Shown: in pieces, positions 42,801-55,219 of the stretch
How positions within the stretch are numbered: position 1 is the first letter of the stretch
Layout: each line of letters opens with the position of its first letter
From: Octopus sinensis
Taxonomy: Eukaryota
Direction: 5' to 3'
Assembly (NCBI RefSeq): GCF_006345805.1
Contig: NC_043007.1
Coordinates: 54,870,001 to 54,934,000 of the forward strand
Length of the DNA stretch: 64,000 bases
Translations under genes and position numbers: made by a program
The notes under the pieces: model-generated
Databases searched by the model: none
What the model saw: the letters and a program-made list of their open reading frames with translations, nothing else
Told to the model about the DNA's origin: nothing

Positions 42801-45800
42801 GGATCTTTTCGGTTTGAATGACAGTTTTTAACATAATTTCTAGGTAACTAAAAAATTTTAAACTTCGTATACTGGTAGAATGTGTTTATAAAACATCATT
42901 TTCTCTTGGCTTTCTTGAGAAAATTCTGTAGTTTGTAACATATTTCGTCTTTAATTTCTTGCATTTCGGCAATTTTAACCAATCAATGACTGTCTATTGA
43001 GGTGAAAGCATTCTGTGCCATATGAATATGTCCCTCCTTTAAGAAACAGATTGGGTTTATTTACATTTGTGAAGAAAAAAAGATACCCTTCCCCCACCCC
43101 TAACCCTAACTAACCCTAAATCTAAAATAGATTGAAATGCAATAGATCGATTCTAGGGTCATAATTATGGGTGACAATTTCATATGAAACTGCTAGAGAA
43201 AATGGCAGTTTTTTTCTAGCGGTGTCATATGAAATTGTCACCCATAATTATGACCCTAGTATCGATCTATTGCATTTCAATCTATTTTAGATTTAGGGTT
43301 AGTTAGGGTTCAAACTGAAAAGATCCGAATTGTTTTGTTTGCTAAGACCAATTAAAAGCAACAAGACTACACTTTCCCTTGCACCATCACCCCTTTCTGT
43401 GTGTGTGTGTTTGTGTGTGTGCACGCGCACACACGATAACTGACTTGAAAAGTAGTTAACAAAAAAGGACAGATATGGAAAAATCTCTTCCCCTCTACTA
43501 TCCACAATCACTATGGTTTTGACATATTTAGACCCCTCAATAACAGTTGTCTGGAGAGTGCCAGTGATTGGTAAACATCAGTGAAATAGAGGACAGTACA
43601 GAAAAAGCTTGACATCTTAAAAGACAAAGTGCATTGACATACAAGTAAGAGAAAAAATTACAAAGTAATATAGTTCTCTGAGAAAATATTCTGACTGGAT
43701 GTAGAAACAAAAAAAAAATGCAAGTGCAAATGTAGAATAATAGTAGAATTTCATCAGAATACAAACTGAAAGACAGGAGGACTTAGGATGTATGAATGAG
43801 ACAAAGGTAGGGATAAAAAAGAAAGTGGAAAGAAAAAGGCATGGTAGGGTGGGAGCAACAGCAATTGAGTAAGAAAACGAATATAGGAAGAAGAGAAATC
43901 ATGAGAGAATGACAAAGAGAAAAAAAAAGATAGAGAGGGGGAAAGAGAGTAAGTAGTAGTGAGAGAGAGGGAGAGTAAGGAACATGAAGGGAGAAAATGA
44001 AAGAGGCCTGGGAAAGGAAGATAGAGAGGATGAAAGTATAAAATGACTAGCAGTATCGCCCGGCGTTGCTCGGTTTGTAGGGAAATAACTAAAGCAATTT
44101 TAGAGAGTTATAGCCACAAAATGGGGAAAAAATGATGGTAAATTTTTTTTTTAGTAAAAAGGTCGATGTGCATCCCCTAGACATCTGTGGTTTGTGTTTC
44201 TGATTCTCGACCCCATGTCGAATTTATCGATTTTTTTCAGAACTGGGGAACTTTTCAAAATTTTCGCTGCGTTAGTTTTGAATTATGACATTGGGCTATG
44301 TGTGTGTCAAGTTTCATCAGAATCGGTTGAAGCCGTGGTCAGGGTGAGGGTACAACCTAACAGACACACAGAAACACACACAGACAAATGCCGTTTATAT
44401 ATAGAGAGATTACAGTGAGAGTAAACATCTACTGAGGAGATTAAAGAGGAAGCTCACCTCACTCCATCTGTCCCTCACTTTTCTTTCCCTTCCACTTTTG
44501 ATTCCTCCATGTCATTGATTCTGAACTCTGGAACTCGAGTTGTTTTCCATAAGGATGTACAGGTCTGACAGGACCAATCCTTGTTCAACATTGTCTTTCA
44601 TACTGCAATGGAAGCATGGCTCTGAATTCTAATGGAATGTAGTCTGTGCGCTTATTTATGATATTCATGCTCTTCTAGTTCATAGTCATTCAGGACTGTA
44701 TTAAACACAACTGATCTTGATCTCTGTATTGTGTCCTGTAGTATAAACTTGAACATGACATTACATTGTTGGCTAGTATTTCTGAAGTTACTGTGTAACA
44801 GGTAACATTGACTCTTTACAAGTTGGACTCATCATCATTTATGATGATGATTATGAATGTATTACTATAAATATATTATGGCAAAATAATACTTCTCAAG
44901 TATAGAAATTTCATTGATTATCTATCATTTCATCCTAAGAATTGACTAAATTGTAGTGATTGGTTATGATGTCAGATATCTTTGATTAAAAGTTGCTTTT
45001 TCATATTGGCTAAAGTCATTCAACTAGAAAGTAAAACTATATTAGTACAGTAAAAAATGTTATAAAAATTTGGACAACATAAAGGCTGAGCAAAATTGTT
45101 TTATAATTTTAATTTCTTTTGATTCATATGATACAAAACAAGCAATTGGAATGCACAAAATAGCTTTCCTTTAGTTGGGTTGTCATAACTTGATAAAAAC
45201 AATATTAACTAGGTAATGTTTATATGATGACAATTGAATGATGCTTGATATGTACTCCATATCAATCCATACAAATATTTTAAAACAGGAATACAAACAA
45301 CTGCTTAGTCAGTAATTAACACTGAGATGGGCAGAGAATAATGAGCCTGTGTGTGGTTAGAGGTTACCACACATAACCTTCTGGTTATGAAGTAGAGCCT
45401 TCATCAATATTAATCTCGTTGCTAGTGTATTGGTCATTTTGCATTATAAATGGAAAGTTAATCCACTTGTCATACTCAGATTTAAAACAACATGTGTTTT
45501 GACTCACCTATGTCAGAGTATTGGTTAGTAGGCTTTACTAATCAACTGAAAATATTTTACTAAAATGTTAGATTCATTAAAATACTTTTGAATTAATTTG
45601 TTTTATTTGAAATCTTGTTAGGTTGATCAAGCCATAAGAGTTGTTCGGAGTGCTTTAGCCAATCAAATCAATTGGACAGAAATTTCTGAATTACTGAAAC
45701 AGGCTCAACTGCAACAAGATCCAGTTGCTTGCTCCATTAAATCCCTAAAATTAGAAACTAATCACATCACCATGCATCTCAAGTGAGTATTTATGTTTCC

Positions 45801-48800
45801 TTGAAACCCTAATATTTAAATTTACTATTTTGGAGATACTAGCTGGCTAATTGTGAAGGTAAATGAAAATTTACAAATAAAAGGGTTGACAGTTCATGCC
45901 TTGTTGCTGGTATTGAACTGAGTTTTCAGTAAAGACATGTAAATGCTTTTTGGATCAGTTGACTTAACTGTAATATAGGTACCATATAAGTGGAAGAGAA
46001 TGGTACTGTATATCTTATACATCTTTCATTAGGTTACTGTGTTGTGTTCATATTTTGTTATGGAATTATTGGAGAAGAAGATGCTATTAATAATTATATT
46101 GCCAAGGCATATTGATAACGTTACTCTCTTTAATGTTATTGTGATTGTCTGTTTACTATTCTGGACTATTTAATATAGTAATGCTTTTGTATTTTTTTTA
46201 TGACTAAATGTTTGAATAATTTTCTTAAGAAATAATTTTTTCTTTCATTTAATACATAAAAGGAAGACCATATTTGATATTGTTATCCTCAAAAAGTTAG
46301 AGTGGCCATAGCTGGGTTGTATTTGATCATATTTATACTGGTTTAGGACTGACAACAACAACTTATACTGCAGATTTCAGTAGAACTCTGAAGTTGATTA
46401 CTACTGGAATAGTTTAAAGGCATTAATCAGTTATTGCAAACATGGAGAGATACACTCTGCTTGGTTGTGATAATTTCTGTGAGGTAGTATTCTTAGTGGT
46501 ATGGCATAAACAATAAGAAAGTAATATGAAAATAGAGTTAGAACACAGTTAAATAAATAATGTTGACAAGCAACTGCAGATAACAATTAAAAAAAAAAGG
46601 GTATAAAGTTGCAAATACAATGACCCCTATGTTCTATAAGTAAATATTTAAACTTGTCAAAGCATCTTGCTCATTGTTCTGTAAGGGATCTTGTGAGCCT
46701 TGAATGATGAAATGTTTGGAAACTATATCTTTTTATTTGACCTTGTAGGCATTAATGACTTTTATAAAAATCTTACCTCATTTTGGAATTTCATGTTTTT
46801 CTTACTATGAACCCCATTGTCTAAAGCAAAATATGATTGTGCAGGGTTTGAACTGATGAGCAGATATTCAGTGGTTCAACATCACAACTTTACAGTCAAT
46901 GTTTCCTTGGAACATGATTCTGATAATAATAATATCTTAATAAATGCTGATGTTTTTATCTATTCTTGTATTCCAGTGATCCTTATATTGATAGTGATGA
47001 AGAAGAAGACGAACAACCAAAGTCTCTGATGATTGACATTGATCTTGGTCTCAGTGCTTATGCCAATTCTAAAAAGTCAGTGTATTATTTTTATCATTCA
47101 TGAAACATTTTAGTTGCTTGTTCTGTTGCTCTGTTACTTTTAAATTCATTTTAAATTTAAATAGAAGAAATTATCAATAAAAGAGAAGTGAAGTAAAAAA
47201 AAAAATCAATGCTATATAAATCTAATTGCCATATTTAAAGTCAGGTAATGGATTGACAGAATTGTTAGAGCATTAGAAAAAATACTTTGCGGTTTTTGTC
47301 CTGGCTTTTCACTTTCTGAGTTCAAATCCTACCGTGGTCAGCTTTGCCTTTTATTCCTCCTGAGTTGATAAAATAAAGTACCAGTCAAGTACAGGGGTGG
47401 ATGAAATTGATTAGCCCTTCTCCTTAAAATTGCTGGCCTTGTTCCTAAATCTGAATAATATTTAATTTATTAGTAGGAAGATGGTTATGACAGTGGAAAA
47501 CTAGATTAATAAACTTGCTGTATTTAAAGAGTGTAGGTGATGGGTGTGTACATGAACGTGTGTGTATGTATATGTGTAGTGTAGTGAGGTGAAGGAAGAT
47601 GTGATGCTGGGCTGTTACTTGATGTAGTGTAGTGCACTGTGTGTACATGTGCATACCTCTACATGTATATGTGTATATATCTGTACATCTGTGCATATCT
47701 ATACATGTGTGGGTGTATCTGTGCATAAGTGTGTATATCTGTACATGTGTGTATAAGTGTATGTAGGTTGGTACATGTGTATATGCCTATGTGTGTGTGT
47801 GTTTGTGTACATATGTGTGTGTATTTCTGTATAAGCATTGGACATGCTTGCGTGTACATTTGTGTATATGTACTTGTGTGTGTATGTGTTCATATGCATC
47901 TGTGTGAGTGCATCGCTAGCCACTACACATTCTTTATTTTCTCTCCATTTCTTTCTGTGTTCCTTTCTGTGGAAGAGCGTAGGCTCGAAACATTAAAGAC
48001 TTTTTTCACTTCCCAAGCATTAAACTAATACATCTGTTTGTTGTCTACACCACCTGTCTTCGTCTTTTATTTTTTTGTGAATTCTCCCCTAGATATGCAT
48101 GTAGGTATATGTGCATATGGGTGCATGTGTTACATGTATGTACATGTGTGTGTGTGTTTGTGTGGGTGTGTGTGTGTATGTGTAGACGTTTTTGTGTGCC
48201 TAGATTTGTTCATCTGTTTGTGTGTGTTACATATATGTGTATATGTATGTGATTTTGTACACACTTGTGTGTACATATACATGTGTATGCATATATTTTA
48301 GCTTTTGTCTTTTACTTGTTTCAGTTATTACAATGTGGCCATGCTGGGGTATCACCTTGAAGAATTTTAGTTGAATGAATTGACCCCAGTTGTTTTTTGT
48401 TTTTTAACTCTTCATGGGCCAGCGGAGTCCTTTGGGACCCCAGCAAATTTTAAAAGTTATGCAACTTTTATATTATTTATTTAAATGATTTTATATTGTA
48501 TGACTTTTATTGTCAATAGGTTATGTATGCACATACAAATTTTGAGTTTAAAATTTCTAGTCATATGGATGTTATAGCATAAAATATGGTCATTGGTGTC
48601 CAATTGGACCCCCATTGGCCTTCTGTGGAATTATTTTTTTCTGTTCTTTTTTCAGATATTCTGATGAACTGTTGGTCAATTTTCTTTGTATTTGTACTAG
48701 TATGAATTGATATACTAAATAATTTTGTTTTATTTTATATTTAGTGCTATATGTATAGTTTATACATATATAAAAAATGTTGATTTCTTTCAATAAAGGT

Positions 48801-51800
48801 TTTTTTCAGTCAATAAATTATATTTTAATTTCTCTCCATTAAATGCTAATAATTACAAATATATACTTATAAAGTGCTAAATTTCTTGTTCTGTATCATG
48901 CACTCACACATATATAGGAGATTAAGCAAATATCACTTTACAGATAGCACAGAAATGTGCAAAAATAAAAGTGGGGTCCTTTTGTGTAATTCCAACCCTG
49001 CTGGCCCACAAAGGGTTAAAACTTATTCTGTTGGACTCTTTTGCTGAACCACTACATTACAGGGACATAAACATACCATCACTGCTTGTCTAGTGATAGT
49101 GATGATAGTGGAGGAAAAACACAGACACAAAGACACACAAGATACACATACATATGTGTATGTTGGTGGTGTGGTGTCAGTGTCGGTGGTAGATGTGTTA
49201 TCAGTGTTGATGGTAGCTGTGTTGTCAGTGGTCGGTTATGGTGGTAGTAGTAATGCTGTTGGTGGTTCTGATGGTGGTGGTAGTGGTGTTTGTAGCGGTG
49301 AGGATGGTGGTGTCTACTGTGGTAGTAGATGTGGTGGTGTTGATGTTTGTAGCAGTAGAGTTGTAGTGGTTGTATCGGTGTTAGGAGTTGAACTTTGCAG
49401 GTGCAGTCATACAGATATATTACGTGTAAATGATTCTGTGATAACAGTTTAATAACTAGTTTGATAGTTGAAACATCTTCATAATCTTTTTCAGAAATAA
49501 CACACGCATGCACGTGCCAGTGTGGCACATTTTGTGACTTTCTATACTTTTGCTGCAATTATAGGAATGTTTGTTAGATATTAATATATGTTATTCTGAA
49601 AATGGATGTACAAAAAGTCTTTGCTGCTGTAAAAGTGTTAATAGTAAAGATTACAGATTAATGAAATTTGTTGTCTGTACATGTGCTGGTTGATATTTTC
49701 TGTGATTTTCAGTAAGTTTGCATCAATGTCTAGTTTTCATATAATTTTTTATCTTTTTATCTAAGTAAAACTCAAACCTCTAAGACTGATTATTTGCAGT
49801 GTAAAACTGCAAATAGCTAGTCTTACAGGCTCTCTTTATCTTGAATTTTTATCTAAATTATGTTTCTCTTCAGGACAATATTTACATACATCAAATTTAA
49901 TGAAGTAGCTTCAATTGTGACTTAAGGATCTTGTATTGTGAGATAGTAATTAAAGAAAAGTTGAGATAACGGGGAAGTTAATTTATTAAAATAACTATTC
50001 AAAAGAAATGAAGTCGGTGGGAAGGGGAAAATTCAGGTATGTTTTATTGCAGTTTGGATGACAGAGAGTTATGATTCTGTTTCAACACTCACCACAGCCA
50101 ATTTGCAAGAAAATTTAGATGTTTGTTGATGGTTGAGGAAAACTATGTCTTTGATGTAACTGCTTGTGGCACCTGAGAATCTTGAGTGCTTCCTACATTA
50201 CACTTTCAGTGTGTCCTTGCGAATATAGAAAACTACAGTAGTAGCAGTTTTTCATTGTCACAGATGTTAACTGCTGCAACTAAAAATTCACCACTTTCAT
50301 GGAGCCAAGATGCATCAGTTGCATGTGGTCTGAATTTAATTGAGAGGAACTTGTGTAACATCATCTACATTCTTGTTCCTCATCAGCTGAATTCAACAGC
50401 ACAGAGATATAGAAGTTGTGGAAACCCCTGGTACCCATATGACTATGAGGTTGTTTGACCATAGGATGGAAGTCTGTCATGCCATAGTCTTACCCACAAA
50501 CAGTGGGGGTTCAAATTTGGAGTTTTCTACCTCCAAGACATGTTCTGTGTGAAACTGGGAGTCCATCACTGCCAGTGGTCTTATAGCTTGCTTGATTACT
50601 ATACTCTACAGTTGGATAGCCAATGATCCTGTGCTGGCTACATCTGATCATTTGGCATGTCTTTGTCCTGGGTTTCTAGAAGCCTTCCTCACTAACCTAG
50701 TAAGCTGGGGATGTCAGTTTGGCCACCAATGACCAGAGTATACCAGTAGCACACTCTAAAATATTATTTTAATAGTGCAAGTTTACTAATTGTATCAGTA
50801 TTGTATCATGTTTCATGAACATAATCAATTGAATTGTATTATATTTCTGTATATTTTAAGGTATTTTGATAATAAGAGGCAAGCTGCCAAAAAGGAACAG
50901 AAAACCATTCATGCTTCTGCTAAAGTAGGACATTTTTTTTTAACCTTCTATTTTCATGTTTCATTGTTGTTTAGCTCCAGGTTGCTTTTGACACCTCAGT
51001 TATTTCTTGAGCCTTCTTCATTGACCTATCTCTTGTTTTATATTTGCTGTCATCCCCATTTTGTTAGTTTTCCCTTATTGGCCTGGGATATAAGGGTCTC
51101 ATATGTGAGCAACACCAAGTATTCTTAGTTGGATCCAGCCTTTCCTTTGAAAGTTTTGCTTTATTTTTCATGCTGCAAATACTTTCTACTACCATTTCAT
51201 GTCATGCTTTGCTTTTAGTGCAAAATGTATCATCTTTGCAATGATTTTTTTTTCAAACATCAGCTGACATATTTGAGGCTCAGCAACTTTCTCAAATCAT
51301 GTGCTCTTATAAAATAAACCAGGTAAAACTTAGAGCTCTCCAAGTCTGCATTCACTTCCCACAAAGTACACTTCTTACACATTTTTCATATAGACTATCA
51401 TTTCAAACAATAAAAACCTCCTATTAAATGGTTTCTATATGTTTATTTATAATTATAGTTAGCCCACAATAGCATTGTTGGTTACAGATCATGGTAGGTT
51501 AATCACTGGTTCAATGCATTTTCTTTGGAAACAGTGATGAGTGAGTTTTTTAAATTTGGAACTGGAAAGAATAACACAAACAACTTGACTCACAGAGCAC
51601 TGGATTTCCAGTTTCCTTGCTGTTGCTTATATTATGTGGTTTTGTATAGAAATGAAAGATGTGTGCATGCATACATATTTATATATGACTGGTATGTTTG
51701 TAATTTCCACTAGCTCCAGCTATGGTGAAAGATACTTATCTAAGTGCCATGCAGGGGTATTGAAATCCGAACCATGTAGTATTGAAGTGAACTTTTTAAC

Positions 51801-51807
51801 CACTCCT

Positions 51808-51882
<75 letters not shown>

Positions 51883-54800
51883 TATTTTAACATTTTTAAT
51901 ACTTTTTGATTTTGTTAATGTCTAGCAGATGTAATTTAGTAAATTATTTAGTCTTTAGAGAGTGTGTATTCTTTTTTTGGAGCATTAGATATTGAAGCAG
52001 ATAACTGATAGTGTTTATTTGGTTGATTTAGGCTTTGAAATCTGCTGAGAGGAAGACAAAGGAAACATTAAAAGATGTTGCTACAGCAGCTACAATTAAC
52101 AAAGCACGTAAAACACATTGGTAAGTGGATAGATGAAAACTATTTTAGTATTATTACATTTATGTACAGAATGTAATTCAGAATACTGCTTTTGGCTTGA
52201 TTGTTGAAGTTTCCTTTTCCATTATTTATTCTTTATGATGTTTACTATTTGAACCCTTTAATGGGGCTTGAGTATTCAGTTAACAGAGAATTCACTTCAT
52301 TTCATATACATACGATGTCTTTGAGAAGGTCATGAAGAATTATACATAAAAAAAAAAACAAACAAAAAAGCCTCAGGAATAATTAGAACTTTCATCTTCT
52401 GAATCGATTGATAAAAAAAATTGTCAAAAATATCATACATGTAATCATACAAATAATTTATTAAAACAAATTTATATTTAAACAGATAATGAACAAGGAA
52501 AACATTTGGCAATATTCTAGAATGTTTGATTTATAATATAAACATAATGCAAAGTAGATATAAAAAATATGTTTAATCTCTTACAGCTGTTTCAAGAATA
52601 GCTAAGCATTTGGATTGTATGTTATTAAGTAAAGAAAGCAAAGTATTCTGTCATCAGAGAGAGGGAAAGAGATGTAGGAAAATATAGAAATAAAGAATAT
52701 CCTTAATTGAAGATATTAATAGCTACCAGTTCTTCAAGAAACCAAGGAATATCCAGGGTGAAAGATAGATGTGTTTGGTATTTTCATGTTCTAAGAGTTA
52801 ATAAAATCCTAGGCAAAAGATAATGTCAGAAGTTCCATAGGTGAAGCTTCAAGGAGAATTCCTAGCAAAAGATAATAGAATTTACTAGTTCCATTATCCT
52901 TTGCCATGAATTTTTTTGTATTCATGCAAAATCCTTCATTTACAATGTTGAGTGCTGCAGAGAGAAAGAGAAAGGTTACCTTCCATTCAACCAAGTTTAT
53001 TATCCAGTTTTGATATTCTTAGTTTGAATATTCCCATAATTTGGAATGAGATATTCTTTGCTAGATTAACTTACCTTGGATACACCACAAGTAGATGAAC
53101 TCTCCATTGGTGCCATATTGATATAATGATATCCAAGGCTCATCAGTGTCTGCATTTCAATTAAACTATTTCTGTCATTTTATCTCTGTTGTTTAAAGTT
53201 TGCATTTTTCTTTTTCATTGTGAAAGCATACGTAATGCATTTATTTTAAAGGTTTGAAAAGTTCCTTTGGTTTATCAGTTCTGAGAATTATGTTGTTGTT
53301 GGAGGTAGAGATCAGCAACAGAATGAGATTTTAGTGAAGAAATATTTAAGGCCAGGTTTGTTCTCTTTTTATGTTCTGTTACTGTTTGCCAATTTTCATA
53401 ATTATATATATAGTTGAAGACATCAAAAATTTTACCATTAGCCTTAATAACAATGAGGTTAAGATTTGGAATATTGACTATATGAATTTATTCATTTCTG
53501 GAGCAGTTGTGTAGGATTACAGGTTACAGCATATATTTCTGCTAGTGTCAGTGTCACTGTTAATACATTCCATTCTTGAAGATCATTGAGAAGTAAGAAC
53601 ACTGTTTAAACATGGTGAAATAAATATAAATAGCAAAACAGCTAAAATAAAAAGATAATATATGTCTTGGTAGACCATGTTTAGTTTTGTGTATCCATAA
53701 TCCAAGAAAATTATAGAATGTATATTTTACTTCTTATTTTCTGAAATATGGTTTTACTGTTTTCTTTTATTTATTTTTTCTTTTCTTTTCTTTTTTTCTT
53801 GTTTAGGAGATCTCTATGTCCATGCAGACCTTCATGGTGCTAGCAGTGTTGTTATCAAGAATCACACAGGTATAAAATCTTAACTAAAACAGCATTTTTC
53901 CTTTGTTTTCTGAATTGATGATTTCTTTGTCTTAAAAATGGTGGGATTAGAATCACTGTCCAGAAGTGGAAGTTTATTAGGTGGAGTTTTTGAACCTAGA
54001 CTTTAGTACCAATGCTTAGACAATAGTCATGGGTTGAAAATTCATCGAATTACATCCTTGCCTGGTTTCATATAAGCAGTGTTCCGTGCTTAGTAGCTAG
54101 CCATAAGTTCTATTCATAAAAGTAACATGGAACATAGGCACACGTGTGGGGGTGTGGTGAAGAAGTTCATTTCCCCATCATGTAGTTTTGGGTTCTGTCC
54201 CAGTGTGCAGTGCTTTGGGCAAGTGTCTTCTACAGTAGCCCCAAGCCATGTAAGGTGACCAAAGTCTTGTGGATGAATTTGGATGACTGAAACTGAAAGA
54301 GAGCCATTGCATGCATGCGCATGTGTGTGTGTGTGTGTATGTGTATATATAGGCACAGGAGTGGCTGTGTGGTAAAGCGGCAAGCTGGCAGAAACATTAG
54401 CACGCTGAATGAAATGCTTAGCAGTATTTCGTCTGCTGTTACGTTCTGAGTTCAAATTCTGCCAAGGTTGACTTTGCCCTTCATCCTTTCAGGGTTGAAA
54501 AATTAAGTACCAGTTACGCATTGGGGTTGATGTAATTGACTGAATCCCTTTGTCTGTCCTTGTTTGTCCCCTCTATGTTTAGCCCATTGTGGGCAATAAA
54601 GAAATAAGAAACTTGCTTCCCAACCACATGGTTCTGGGTTCAGTCCCACTGTGTGGCACCTTGGGCAAGTGTCTTCTACTGTAGCCTTGGGCCAACCAAA
54701 ACCTTGTGAGTGGATTTTGTAGACGGAAACTAAAAGAAGCCCAGTGTATGTTTATGAATTTGTCTTGCAAGATTCCTGATGTGAAATTGTGTGTTGAAAC

Positions 54801-55188
54801 AGATATTGTTATATTTCAGGATGGTCATTTTTTTTTCCCTGCCAAATAATCACACACACTATATAGTTGTTCTTAACTCGTTTATTATTGTTCTTATTTT
54901 ATTGTATGTCCATTGTCACCTGGTGCAGCCATCTGGTTCGCCAGTCTTCAGTCAAATCGTCCAACCCATGGAAAGCGGACGTTAAACGATGAAGATGATA
55001 TATATATATAGATAGATAGATACATTGATGCAGGCATGGTTGAGCGGTAAGAAGCTTGCTTCCCAACCACATGATCCCAAGTTCAGTCCCACTGTTTGAC
55101 ACCTTTGGGCAAGTGACTTCTTCCCTAGCCTTGGGCCAACCAAAGCCTTGTGAATGAATTTGGTAGACAGACACTGAAAGAAACCTAT

Positions 55189-55219
<31 letters not shown>

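Noticed and set aside
43098-43310. Head-to-head telomere fusion
   Set aside because: Only 2-3 imperfect repeats, contained within a TIR element.
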